From: an uncultured virus (IMG/VR IMGVR_UViG_3300031416_000004)
Taxonomy: Duplodnaviria > Heunggongvirae > Uroviricota > Caudoviricetes
Reading direction: 5' to 3' (one strand)
DNA: 64,000 nucleotides
Virus record (IMG/VR): IMGVR_UViG_3300031416_000004
Shown: positions 36,609-46,059 of the stretch, piece by piece
Layout of the letters: every line of letters starts with the position of its first letter
Numbering within the stretch: position 1 is the stretch's first letter
Notes under the pieces: model-generated
Database searches by the model: none
Seen by the model: the letters and a program-made list of their open reading frames with translations, nothing else
Told to the model about the DNA's origin: nothing
Translations under genes and position numbers: made by a program

Positions 36609-37268
36609 ATGGTTGTTTATATGGCGACTCTTCCTTGCGGAAGATCCTATGTCGGCAAAACCCGTAGGTTGAAAAGGAGGATTGGCGAGCATTTAAGTTC
36701 GGCGAAGAAGGCAACTCGTACTACGAGGTTTGCTAACGCACTGGCTGAAGTCGACCCCTCGCAGGTTAAGTGGGAGATCATCGGACAATTTGACTTTCTA
36801 GAAGGCGATCAATCTGAGTTGCTGGCCGTTGAAAAGGCCGCGAGCTTGGAAATCGCGGCAATGGAATTCCATGGGACCGTTGATCCGGAATTCGGCTTTA
36901 ACTGTAAGTTTCACACCGACAAAGTGATCAAGCAATTTGGCTTGTCGGAAGACGAGCGGAAAGCCGCGCATACTGCAAGATGTCGCGCATACTACCTCTC
37001 AAGAAAAGATGATCCCGATTTTGTCGCCCGCAGATACAAGAACAATGACCTCTATAGGCTTAAAAATAAAGAATTTATACAAACTCTTTCAAAGAAGTGG
37101 CATCGAGAAAACGCAGAGCGAGAGAGTTTACGAAGTACAATACGGGCAAGACGCAAGAGACAGGATCTAACTTACTACGAGAACTTTTTGTTAAACGTAG
37201 TTTACGATTTACTTGTCAGAAAAAGACCTAAACTTTCTAAAAATCAAAACGGAGGCTACTCGAAATGA
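36609..37268 (+). CDS. GIY-YIG homing endonuclease
   Basis: VVYMAT...SYVGKT...R..EH; lower GC. Confidence 0.75.
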   Translation: MVVYMATLPCGRSYVGKTRRLKRRIGEHLSSAKKATRTTRFANALAEVDPSQVKWEIIGQFDFLEGDQSELLAVEKAASLEIAAMEFHGTVDPEFGFNCKFHTDKVIKQFGLSEDERKAAHTARCRAYYLSRKDDPDFVARRYKNNDLYRLKNKEFIQTLSKKWHRENAERESLRSTIRARRKRQDLTYYENFLLNVVYDLLVRKRPKLSKNQNGGYSK

Positions 37269-37564
37269 CATTCTCGGTTCTTGAAGACGGCAACAAGCTG
37301 AACGACATCGCCACTGATCTGTCGGCCCAACTGAAGGCATTGACGGACGCCCTGGTAGCGCAAGGCAAACACGTGACTATCCTCGTCACCGAGCAGGACG
37401 ACGAAGGTGAATTCGCCTATGCGGTCGTCAGCACGATCGATGATCACGAAGAACTGATGACGATGGTCGACGACGTTTCCAGTGACCTGCTCGCACCGTA
37501 TGCTGAAGGTTTGGATGAGGACGACCAGCCGGATCTTCCCTTCAAGGCTGAGACAATTCAATGA
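37265..37564 (+). CDS. Highly acidic small protein
   Basis: GGAGG RBS; D/E-rich; QPDLPF near C-terminus. Confidence 0.7.
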   Translation: MTFSVLEDGNKLNDIATDLSAQLKALTDALVAQGKHVTILVTEQDDEGEFAYAVVSTIDDHEELMTMVDDVSSDLLAPYAEGLDEDDQPDLPFKAETIQ

Positions 37565-37797
37565 GGAAGATCGAGGCCACACCAGCGGCTAACTGGCCTG
37601 TAGGCCGTAAGATTGTTCTGCTGGATGCTTATCTGCAGAACCCCGTCACTGTGAAGATCACGCGTCATCCCAACGCTGATCACCTGATCTGCGAAGATGA
37701 GCGAGGCGTGGTTTACTACGCACGCACTGACCGAGTTGAAGGCTTCGTGACCGAGCCCGTCGATTCAATTGATGACTTCTCGGACATTCTCGGTTAA
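37561..37797 (+). CDS. Hypothetical protein ending FSDILG
   Basis: ATGA-coupled. Confidence 0.65.
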   Translation: MRKIEATPAANWPVGRKIVLLDAYLQNPVTVKITRHPNADHLICEDERGVVYYARTDRVEGFVTEPVDSIDDFSDILG

Positions 37798-37813
37798 GGA
37801 AAACGCAACTTTT

Positions 37814-37828
37814 GTTCTTGCTCTGTTC
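37814..37828. promoter_or_regulatory. Alphaproteobacterial LexA (SOS) box
   Basis: GTTCTTGCTCTGTTC = GTTC-N7-GTTC in an AT-rich promoter-like gap. Confidence 0.75.
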
Positions 37829-37881
37829 TCGTTTATATGAATATAATCCTAATTAGCAATTACGCAAAAAGGAGTGAGTGC

Positions 37882-38148
37882 ATGTATCGAGTAAAAATGA
37901 CGCAAGCCCTTGATTTCGTGAAAGTTCGTGACGGTGAGATCGACTACTGGCACGACACCGAAGACAGAGGGGAATGGGGAGAGGGATGCGCGGAAGGACG
38001 TAAGCGCGCTGGCGACCTGGTTGGTTTCATGCAAGACCAGAACGACCCCTCTTTACTAAATCGCGTCGGGAAGGCGATCGTCGGATCAGGGAGATACGGG
38101 GCGGTCGAAACAGGGTTTTTTCAGGAGATCGGGAACAACCTGATCTAA
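37882..38148 (+). CDS. Hypothetical protein downstream of LexA box
   Basis: AAGGAG RBS. Confidence 0.7.
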   Translation: MYRVKMTQALDFVKVRDGEIDYWHDTEDRGEWGEGCAEGRKRAGDLVGFMQDQNDPSLLNRVGKAIVGSGRYGAVETGFFQEIGNNLI

Positions 38149-38164
38149 TCAGTGCCAGCCGGCG

Positions 38165-38674
38165 TCACAGTCCCGATAGTGATAGCGTGATCATGACGCC
38201 GGCAGCAAACGATCCTAAAGCCACTGATGCCACCAGCCAGAAGATATTACCTTTCGGAACAATCCCGCGCTCAGTGCCAGGAGCGAGAACCACGAGCGCT
38301 CCTGCGATCATCAAACACCACACGACGAAGGCCGTCACAGGCGATTCAACAGCCCACGTTGGGCGTATGACCTTCACTCCGTCGTAAGTGGAAGACCATC
38401 TGACAATGTTAGTCCAGAGCCGCCAGCAAACAGTCGCCGCTCCGATTCCGAAGATTGCCATCGAGAGGAAATTAGGACCGGCCTGCCCACCGTCCTTTAC
38501 GGCGTCGTACGCTGGCACAGCCCACCGGACCATAATAGCGAAAAACACCCCAAGCATCAGGTTCGAGGCAATTTCCAGCATCTGGACCGGTCCAAACACC
38601 GGCAGAATGACCCAGAAACTCAGTACGCCCATGAGAGCGATCATGGCCGCGGTATTGTTGGTGATGCGCTTCAC
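38165..38674 (-). CDS. Multi-pass membrane protein (lysis-region candidate)
   Basis: Five hydrophobic helices; end of late operon. Confidence 0.7.
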   Translation of the reverse strand: MKRITNNTAAMIALMGVLSFWVILPVFGPVQMLEIASNLMLGVFFAIMVRWAVPAYDAVKDGGQAGPNFLSMAIFGIGAATVCWRLWTNIVRWSSTYDGVKVIRPTWAVESPVTAFVVWCLMIAGALVVLAPGTERGIVPKGNIFWLVASVALGSFAAGVMITLSLSGL

Positions 38675-38919
38675 GAGCGGCCTCCGTTAAAATTTTGGAT
38701 GGTGAGTTTGGCCAGGGTCGTGTTGAGTTGTGCGGCTTTGCGCTCCATGTGGAGCAACGCCTGGATGAAGTTCACTTGCTCGCGCTTTGTTTCGGCAGCC
38801 AGATTGGCGTCAGGCGGCTCGGCGGCCTTGGTTTCACTTACGATCACCACATCACGCGTACGCCCTCTGACGGGCTTGTGCGGAGAGGGCTTGCGGGTAA
38901 ACCAGTCTCGCATTGCCAT
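38671..38919 (-). CDS. Hypothetical protein
   Basis: Coupled on both sides. Confidence 0.6.
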   Translation of the reverse strand: MAMRDWFTRKPSPHKPVRGRTRDVVIVSETKAAEPPDANLAAETKREQVNFIQALLHMERKAAQLNTTLAKLTIQNFNGGRS

Positions 38920-39275
38920 CATTTGACATTCCTCTGCAGGATCGCCAGCGTAGTGTTCACGGCGTCCGTTGCATTCTGGATGGTTACAGTGACCTTCTGG
39001 ATCGCTTCCATAGCGGCGCGAGTTTCCAGAAGGCGTGCGGACTGCAAGTCGGCATTGAGCTTACGTTCTGCGGCGATCTCGACAGCATGGCGGGAACGCT
39101 CTGCCACCATGTCTTCATCAAATTGGTCACGTAGTGCGTCTATCGCCTGGCTTCGGGCATTAAGCGCTCGCCACGTGACGATCAAAGCGCTGACGAGAAA
39201 AAGGACCAAGACGATAGTGGCAACGTGGACACCCTGTTTATCGGCAAGATCGATGAGTTTGTCAGCGCTTTCCAT
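38919..39275 (-). CDS. Single-TM coiled-coil protein (holin candidate)
   Basis: One TM helix then coiled coil; follows the tail fibre. Confidence 0.6.
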   Translation of the reverse strand: MESADKLIDLADKQGVHVATIVLVLFLVSALIVTWRALNARSQAIDALRDQFDEDMVAERSRHAVEIAAERKLNADLQSARLLETRAAMEAIQKVTVTIQNATDAVNTTLAILQRNVK

Positions 39276-39328
39276 ATTCAGATAATCACCTTTTGGTTGA
39301 CTATTAGGATAACGAAAATATCGAAATC

Positions 39329-41164
39329 CTAACGATCAACCCTGTAGCTGGCACCCTCAAGGAAAATGTAAGAGAGCGAGGTGGATGATGCGAAAGGTAT
39401 CACCAGCCGCGTTGTTCCCGGCTCGATTTGGCATACGGCAGTCCCGTTATTTATCGCCGCGCCAAGCACCATGAATTTTCCACTCACCGGAGCAAACGCC
39501 CCTACGGATGGATGGGAAATATCAGCCAGCACATAAGGCAGCGCAATGCCATTTGGAACCTGAATGTAACCCGAAAGAGATACTGTCTTGTCCTTCAGTG
39601 TCGCTCGTGCCGTGAACGATGTAGCGCCGGCACCGGGGGTGAGAACCCCAACCAGCGGCGGGACAGAGATATTGGCAAGCCCGAGCTCTGAGAAGATGTG
39701 GTCGGCGATCGCATTGTAACCGAACTGGCTCGGATGGATCGTGTCGGAAAGCATGGCGCCACCCGATGTCAACATACCGATATCGTTCAGGTCAATTATC
39801 TGAATACCGAGTTGGTTAGCGACCTCGTATGCAGCAACCTGATAGTTGAGGAACGGCTCGACAACTTCCGCGATGTTCAGCTTGTAGGGGAACACGATCA
39901 CAACGTTGGATTTACCCGAATGTCCCGCGAGCAGCGCATTGCACGCGGACAGAAGTTGGGTCTTGTACACCGCAGCAGTGGTGGCTCGTGCACTGTAAAT
40001 GTTGTTGATTCCGACCGCCATTACATATGTCGGGTAGGTGTTCGTTTTATAGAACGTCTGAGCCAGAACAGAACTCATGTCCCAATCCGCCAGGATAGTG
40101 CCCGACCGGCTGAACACCTGCGGGAGGATACCCTGATCGGCTGTCTGGCAGGCAACAAAGATCCCCGTCAGTTCGATCGGGTTCGCGCCTGTATTCTGGA
40201 TTTTGACGGTCGTAACGTCAGGGCAGTAGCGAAGTGTGGTGTTGCCGGCGAGAACGTTCTTGCCCGATCCGGTAGTGGTAGAAACAGTTTCAACGACAGA
40301 CGTTTTGTTGTCGCTGATGGAGATCGTCGTAGTAGTGGACTTCTGAGCGTAGTAGACCGCGAGGAAGTTGGCGTTGTCCGTGTTGAACGTCAGAAAGGCG
40401 CCAGGTGCCAAGACAAGACTTCTTCCGGCCGGTCCTGATACGTCAAAAGCCGTCGACCCACTTAGCGTCACATAGTCCCAATCGCAAAACGACATTTGCG
40501 AAGACAAATGGAGATTCTGTTTGTTCTGGATTCGCTTCGCGATCTGCGCTGGAAAGCCATTGTTGTAGCCAACCGGCAATCCGTAGGTGATGCTATCGCC
40601 GATGAAGCACAGGCTGCGTGCAAACCTTTCGATCCCTACCGTTGGAGACATGTAGGGGAGCTTCGAAGGTTTGCGCCTTATAGCCGCCTTCAACCCGAGG
40701 CTTGAGACAGGCGCGCTGTCGTCGGTGCCTGCGAAGATTTGAGAGGTGGTTGCAGAGGGTTTTGCGCCGCCTGCAACTTCAGCCCACTCCTTTGCAGATT
40801 TCGTTCCTGCGCCTCCCGGCAGAGTTCCTTCCGCCCATGCCTGCGCCAGGCTTTTAGCGGTGTCAGCGCCGTTCTTTGACGTAAGAGCGTTAGATGCGTT
40901 CGTTGCGCTCTGAGTCCTGGCGGTCTCTGCGGCGGTCTTGGCCGTAACGGCGTCAGTCTTTGCCTGGTTCGCGCCAGCCAGAATCCCATCAGCGGCAGTG
41001 TTGATCTCAGTATTTTTGTCTTTCAGGAATTTCCGAACGGACGGACTGACCGACCCGTCAGAATGGGTCACTGTCTGAGTATCGGACCCATTGGTGAAGC
41101 GGTCGAAACGATCTTCATTCTGCTTGAACCGGTCAATGCCTTGAGAAAGCGGAAGTTCAGCCAT
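39329..41164 (-). CDS. Tail fibre/spike with SGNH hydrolase domain
   Basis: N-terminal adaptor and Ala-rich coil; FIGDSIT, SG, GINN, DTIHP catalytic blocks. Confidence 0.8.
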   Translation of the reverse strand: MAELPLSQGIDRFKQNEDRFDRFTNGSDTQTVTHSDGSVSPSVRKFLKDKNTEINTAADGILAGANQAKTDAVTAKTAAETARTQSATNASNALTSKNGADTAKSLAQAWAEGTLPGGAGTKSAKEWAEVAGGAKPSATTSQIFAGTDDSAPVSSLGLKAAIRRKPSKLPYMSPTVGIERFARSLCFIGDSITYGLPVGYNNGFPAQIAKRIQNKQNLHLSSQMSFCDWDYVTLSGSTAFDVSGPAGRSLVLAPGAFLTFNTDNANFLAVYYAQKSTTTTISISDNKTSVVETVSTTTGSGKNVLAGNTTLRYCPDVTTVKIQNTGANPIELTGIFVACQTADQGILPQVFSRSGTILADWDMSSVLAQTFYKTNTYPTYVMAVGINNIYSARATTAAVYKTQLLSACNALLAGHSGKSNVVIVFPYKLNIAEVVEPFLNYQVAAYEVANQLGIQIIDLNDIGMLTSGGAMLSDTIHPSQFGYNAIADHIFSELGLANISVPPLVGVLTPGAGATSFTARATLKDKTVSLSGYIQVPNGIALPYVLADISHPSVGAFAPVSGKFMVLGAAINNGTAVCQIEPGTTRLVIPFASSTSLSYIFLEGASYRVDR

Positions 41165-41173
41165 GGTAACTCC

Positions 41174-42094
41174 TTACGGGAATGTGATCACCTGGCCGTA
41201 GTCGGCTGCAGGCATATAAACATTGATGATTTCGTTGAGGCGATCTTCCCAATAGGGGAATTCATCCAGTGTCATCGGCCCGCGATCGATGATGGCTTGT
41301 TCATCACCCGTGAGTAGCGGACCGGAGATTTTTCTGACGTAGATGAAATTGGTCACAGGGTTCAGTTTTCGAATTTCTACGTCGAATGAGAAATCGAGCC
41401 ACTGATCGGACTTCAGGTCGATCTGAGATTTTGGCTTCAGACGGACATATGGAAAGAAGTACCCAATCTGGTCGCCAGTCGGGTTTTTCGGGATGTAACG
41501 CAACGAACCCACGACTTCGTCGGTGTTGCTGGTCACTTCACTGGAGTCAGATCGACGCCATTGAAATGTGACAGAAATCGTGTCGCCTTCAGCGATGTCC
41601 GGAGCGTCGTCAACGACATAGAATCGCCCCTCCACTCTATCAACGATCAGGTTCCCCGCGACCACAAGGGCTGCGCCGTCCAAAACGAACTCGATGTCAG
41701 GCTCGACATGGCGGACGCCAAACGGTTCAACACTCGTTCCGAGTTGATACCAGCGCCCTTTTTTCAACCTGAATGTCTCGGTAACATCGGTGAGAGCCGT
41801 TTGCCCCCCGTAATCTACGGGAGACCCGAACCACAGAGAAAGATTCTCCATGGAAATGTTGTCCGTGGTTATTTCAGCAGTATGTTCTTCACGTGTGATG
41901 ATGCTATCGATCTGGATCTGCTGACCCGCATATGACGTGAAGCGTTGAATTTCCTCAAAGGTCCTTGAGACGGTGAAACCAGGCGTGTTGCCTAGATAAA
42001 GCTCACCTTCACCTTTGAGAGTTCCTGTTGGGAAGCGATCAAAGAACAGTTCGCCTCGACCTAGTATCAACGAGGCGTTTGACGTGGTTGTCAC
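41174..42094 (-). CDS. Second tail-tube-like protein (paralog of 55063-55845)
   Basis: LGRGELFF...GEG..YLGN.P.F, GR.YQLG, GSL.YI..N.TG, LK.D.W shared with the major tail protein. Confidence 0.8.
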   Translation of the reverse strand: MTTTSNASLILGRGELFFDRFPTGTLKGEGELYLGNTPGFTVSRTFEEIQRFTSYAGQQIQIDSIITREEHTAEITTDNISMENLSLWFGSPVDYGGQTALTDVTETFRLKKGRWYQLGTSVEPFGVRHVEPDIEFVLDGAALVVAGNLIVDRVEGRFYVVDDAPDIAEGDTISVTFQWRRSDSSEVTSNTDEVVGSLRYIPKNPTGDQIGYFFPYVRLKPKSQIDLKSDQWLDFSFDVEIRKLNPVTNFIYVRKISGPLLTGDEQAIIDRGPMTLDEFPYWEDRLNEIINVYMPAADYGQVITFP

Positions 42095-43305
42095 AGTGCT
42101 CGTCCCTCGCGGTATGCCTCAACATACTTGTTGACCGCCCTGCGTCCGAAAACGAAGACAGCCGCGCCGGCTCCTGCCATCAGCACCCAAGGCAAGATCG
42201 GCTGTACGGTCTCAAACAGGTTGCGGACCTGCAAAACGCCGTTTGAGACATCATCCAGTGTGCCCTTGCCTTCTGAGAGACCACCTAGTCCGCTCATGCC
42301 CAAGATCGTCAGACCGATCTTCTTGAGCCAAGAGCCCTCCTTGATTACCGGTTCGGCTTTAAGGTCCTTCGCGGTGGCGTCTTGGCGGGCATCAGCCATC
42401 TCACGCTTCGGCGCCTTGATCAGCTGAGCCAGAAGGTCGTCGGTAATCTCGCCGGTTAGCGGCAGATTGTTATCGGCCTGGAATGCGAGGATGGCGTTGC
42501 GGGTGCGCTTTCCGAACTTGTTGTCGGATTCACCGACTTCCGGATAACCTTTGTCCCACAGAAGGTCCTGAACCTGCTCGACAAGCTTCTCGTTCTGCAC
42601 GGCCGGTTTCGGCGTCGGCAGAGGGACGTTCACTGGCGCTGCCACGGACGAAGGCTTTTTTACCGAAGCAGGTCTTTTACCGTCTTTGAAGATCGTTTTC
42701 GCTTTCGCGAGGTAATCCTGCGCTTCCTTGAGACCATTGGAACCGCCGTTGATCTTCTTGCGAACAGCAACAACATCGTCCTTGTCGGCCAGTTCATTGC
42801 AACCGCGATTACGCCATTCACGCACTGCGGTTTTAAAGGCCGTCGCAGGATCGCGAAGTTCTTCAGGGTTGCTCTCGTAACCCATCTTGCGATAATTCTC
42901 GCGGCCGGTGGTTTGCATCATTCCGCCGCCCCGGTATCGCCAGCCGTCGTCGGTTTCAACATTGCCAAGGTTCTTCTTACCCCACGCGCCGCCATAGACC
43001 GTGTTGGCAATCGCTCTCTGATCAGCTTTCCTATTGCCGGAGCGGCCAAGCTTTTGGGCAGCAGCCTCGCTGATACGGTGGCGTCCAAACGTCGACAGCA
43101 GTCCCGCAACCGTGTAGTTGAGGTTTTCTTCTACCGCCTTCAGGCCGCCTGTTTCTGTGGCAATTTCAGAGAAGAAATGCTGAATGCGAAGTGGGGTAAC
43201 AATGTCACCTTCGAGTTCAGCATAATCCCAATTTTTAACGATCGCATCGACCAGGGTTGCGTTGGCTGAGGGGCAAAATTTCTTGATCTGAGCAGCGGTA
43301 ACCAC
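42091..43305 (-). CDS. Endolysin: GH19-like domain, peptidoglycan-binding domain, C-terminal TM helices
   Basis: HF....TETGG...EENLNY, YRGGGMMQTTGRENY, INGG.NG; D.KFG..T..AI.AFQ...L..TG. Confidence 0.88.
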   Translation of the reverse strand: MVTAAQIKKFCPSANATLVDAIVKNWDYAELEGDIVTPLRIQHFFSEIATETGGLKAVEENLNYTVAGLLSTFGRHRISEAAAQKLGRSGNRKADQRAIANTVYGGAWGKKNLGNVETDDGWRYRGGGMMQTTGRENYRKMGYESNPEELRDPATAFKTAVREWRNRGCNELADKDDVVAVRKKINGGSNGLKEAQDYLAKAKTIFKDGKRPASVKKPSSVAAPVNVPLPTPKPAVQNEKLVEQVQDLLWDKGYPEVGESDNKFGKRTRNAILAFQADNNLPLTGEITDDLLAQLIKAPKREMADARQDATAKDLKAEPVIKEGSWLKKIGLTILGMSGLGGLSEGKGTLDDVSNGVLQVRNLFETVQPILPWVLMAGAGAAVFVFGRRAVNKYVEAYREGRAL

Positions 43306-43359
43306 GGCAAACTCCTACAGGTTTGCCATTAAATACCACAATTTGTTGATTTATCCACA

Positions 43360-45561
43360 TCAAAGTGATCTTGTCATCGCAAAACGGTATCGCTGGAACG
43401 ACCCTAGACCACCCCTCACCGCCTCAAGTTCAACAAACATCGCACCCGTGAGCGTATTATCGGCTGACGTGAAGGCGCGGAAGTTGTCTGTGATCCCCGA
43501 GATCGTTCGTATCAAAGCGTTGCTGGAACTGAAGAAACGCAAGGTGTAGGTTGTACCAGGCTCTGGCCCAACGTTGGCGTCCCAATGGCTGACGATCTGG
43601 TCGGACTGCATTTTGCGGTCGCGGTGCGCCCAATCAATTCTAAAATTAGAAGTCACCGCGACGTTGTTGAACGCGGGCGTTCCATTAATGGTCACCGCCC
43701 CAGGGACGTAAGGTCTGCCTTGACGGCCAACAACCGACAAGGTGTCGGTGGGTGCCAAAACGGGATCAAGTGTTGCCGATGAACTGCTCGAAAGCAATTT
43801 CACCTCGACAACATCACTCGTGACATACTCACGTGAATCCGTCCCTGCGTACTCCCCGAGGAAAATGATATAGGTGGCGTCTGCGTGCGGGGTCGGCACG
43901 GTGTCAACACAGCCTCGTCTTACGGTGAAGGTTCCGGCAATACCGGTTGAATCAAGGTTGATATTGACGATCTGCAAAATCTCGGTCCCGACTTGAACCA
44001 AGCTGCCCGCATTCATCAGACCAACGTCCACGCCATTTTTGAAAGCAACAGACGTATCATAGTATCCAATAGCGCCGTCGCACACGCACCCAGGGGCAAA
44101 CGCCTCACTGCCTCTAACAGCAAAGTTCTCACTGCCAATGCGTGTCGCAATAGAGTAGTTCAGCAACATTTGCGAAACTCTCAATCCTGCGGTCACCAAT
44201 GCGGAAGCGTTCACATCCAAAATCGCCAAGTCTGCAGGACTTAGCTGTCCGATCAATTCCTGATAAGTCGCTTCCCTGATCAACCGAACGGGGATCACCT
44301 GCGGTGTGGAAACTGGCGGAACCCATGCCGGGTTTTCCGACGACACAAATGCTGTGGAAGAAAGCCCGAAAACATCGAGCGCAGCCTCAACGGTAATGGT
44401 CCCGCTCGTAAGTGTTCCGTCCTTGATCTTGCCGGCCCGAAGTACGAGATTCTGGATCCCCATGTCCGGATCAGAAACGCGAAACACTTGGCCTGGATGG
44501 ATGCGCCAAGCTCTCCTGTCGAGCTTCACCGTGTAACGATTGGTGCTGGCTGACAAAGTACGAAGATCGCGCTGCGCAACACGAGCGGCCAGTGATACAA
44601 TCGGGATGCCGTCATAGGTATTAGTCTTGGAGCTCGTGCCCTCATTCGACTGAATAAGCGCCAGATTTTGCGCACGGATCTCTTGGGTCCCGTTAGCCAA
44701 GATGTCTCTATATTTTACGATAACTTCGCTGATCGCATCAGCCTGAGTTGCGGCTTCAGACTGGTCTACGGACAAGAGACCCGAGTTTCGATCGAAAAGA
44801 GGTAGATCGTTGACGTTGTAGTCGTCGCGGATCAGATCAAGATCCAGAAGTCCTGTTTCGCGATTGACGTAGAGGGCTCCACCAATATGATCGAGCACTT
44901 CCTGAATAAAACTTTCAAGGGAGTCCTGCCGCGACCATCGCATACACAGACCGAACCCTTCAGTGTACAAAGTCGATGCCGCTGCATTCCACGAGACGTC
45001 CCCGATACGAGATCGGTCATAACCCCTACCCCATGCTCTATTCGTGATGCACTCGTAGAGGATATGCGCGGGGTTCATCGCTTTGATCTGACCGCCCGCC
45101 AGCCATATTGTGGCAAGATCAGGCCGCCAAACAGGTCCGTCCCATCCCGACGTGGTTCGTCGTAAGCGGAAAGACCACTTCTTGGGGTACGGGTTCAGTG
45201 CGCAAATCATTCCGTCGAAAATGACGCTTACCACGCCACGAAAGTCAGGTACGTCTCCACCGAGCAAGCCTTTGAACCAGTCGGGATATATTTGCGAGGC
45301 AGTGCCCATCAAAGCTGACATGGAACCTTGAATTCCGCCCTCGGCCTTCTCCCCACCGAACAACTCCGGCGCGTCTATAGAGGTTACGCGATCACCGGTG
45401 ATCGTGGAGTCGTAATAATTCCCCCCTTCCCTATAGGGCCAGGCCGATTTATCAGCGGCCTTGATTTGAACAATCTCATCCACGGGACCGCGGCAAAGGC
45501 CGTACTGCACCGTCATGAAATAACGGTAGCCGATCGTTTGGCTTTTGCCTTTACCGCCCAT
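43360..45561 (-). CDS. Tail tip / central tail hub protein
   Basis: YFMTVQYGLCRGPVD, LFGGEK.EGG, NPYPK.W, MNPAHILYE; synteny. Confidence 0.85.
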   Translation of the reverse strand: MGGKGKSQTIGYRYFMTVQYGLCRGPVDEIVQIKAADKSAWPYREGGNYYDSTITGDRVTSIDAPELFGGEKAEGGIQGSMSALMGTASQIYPDWFKGLLGGDVPDFRGVVSVIFDGMICALNPYPKKWSFRLRRTTSGWDGPVWRPDLATIWLAGGQIKAMNPAHILYECITNRAWGRGYDRSRIGDVSWNAAASTLYTEGFGLCMRWSRQDSLESFIQEVLDHIGGALYVNRETGLLDLDLIRDDYNVNDLPLFDRNSGLLSVDQSEAATQADAISEVIVKYRDILANGTQEIRAQNLALIQSNEGTSSKTNTYDGIPIVSLAARVAQRDLRTLSASTNRYTVKLDRRAWRIHPGQVFRVSDPDMGIQNLVLRAGKIKDGTLTSGTITVEAALDVFGLSSTAFVSSENPAWVPPVSTPQVIPVRLIREATYQELIGQLSPADLAILDVNASALVTAGLRVSQMLLNYSIATRIGSENFAVRGSEAFAPGCVCDGAIGYYDTSVAFKNGVDVGLMNAGSLVQVGTEILQIVNINLDSTGIAGTFTVRRGCVDTVPTPHADATYIIFLGEYAGTDSREYVTSDVVEVKLLSSSSSATLDPVLAPTDTLSVVGRQGRPYVPGAVTINGTPAFNNVAVTSNFRIDWAHRDRKMQSDQIVSHWDANVGPEPGTTYTLRFFSSSNALIRTISGITDNFRAFTSADNTLTGAMFVELEAVRGGLGSFQRYRFAMTRSL

Positions 45562-45757
45562 CCTCAAACTCCTTTCGTGCCTGTGCAGTTACTCGCAGCG
45601 CGAGAGGGTCGCCGGTCGCTTCCATCTTCTCGATCGGAATTCCGTTGATGATGAAATCCGACCAGTCGAACCCATGTCTGGCAAACCATTCGCGGGTGCC
45701 GCCTGCACAGAGGTCCGCTGCTCGAATGTGTCTCATGAAGACTGTGATGCCGCTCAT
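45551..45757 (-). CDS. Small tail assembly protein
   Basis: C..G.R.WF.RHG.DW..F...GI. Confidence 0.75.
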   Translation of the reverse strand: MSGITVFMRHIRAADLCAGGTREWFARHGFDWSDFIINGIPIEKMEATGDPLALRVTAQARKEFEDGR

Positions 45758-46059
45758 TTCTTGCCACCACCTGATTTAATTGCCGAATTTCGCAGATTGC
45801 CGTACCAGAGGATGAAAGGGTCTTCGCTCCACACGTCTCCGAACACCACAGGCTGTGGAGTCCCTTCGTCAAACTGCGGGAAATCGAATTCCTCAAGTGA
45901 CGCCGGCTTCTGTGCTTCGGTTTTGGGGGTCGTGAGAACCTGGATCGCGTATGACGCAATCAAGAGACCCAACCCCCAAAGGAAATTGATGAATGCGTAG
46001 ACAGGCTTGATTTCACCGGTCGCAATCATTTCAACGGAAAGTGTTTTAAGGTCACTCAT
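45754..46059 (-). CDS. Small tail assembly protein
   Basis: FDFPQ..EGTPQPVVFG.VW...WYG. Confidence 0.75.
   Translation of the reverse strand: MSDLKTLSVEMIATGEIKPVYAFINFLWGLGLLIASYAIQVLTTPKTEAQKPASLEEFDFPQFDEGTPQPVVFGDVWSEDPFILWYGNLRNSAIKSGGGKK

Noticed and set aside
39329..45561. Diversity-generating retroelement or invertible tail fibre switch
   Set aside because: No reverse transcriptase, invertase or template/variable repeat pair visible
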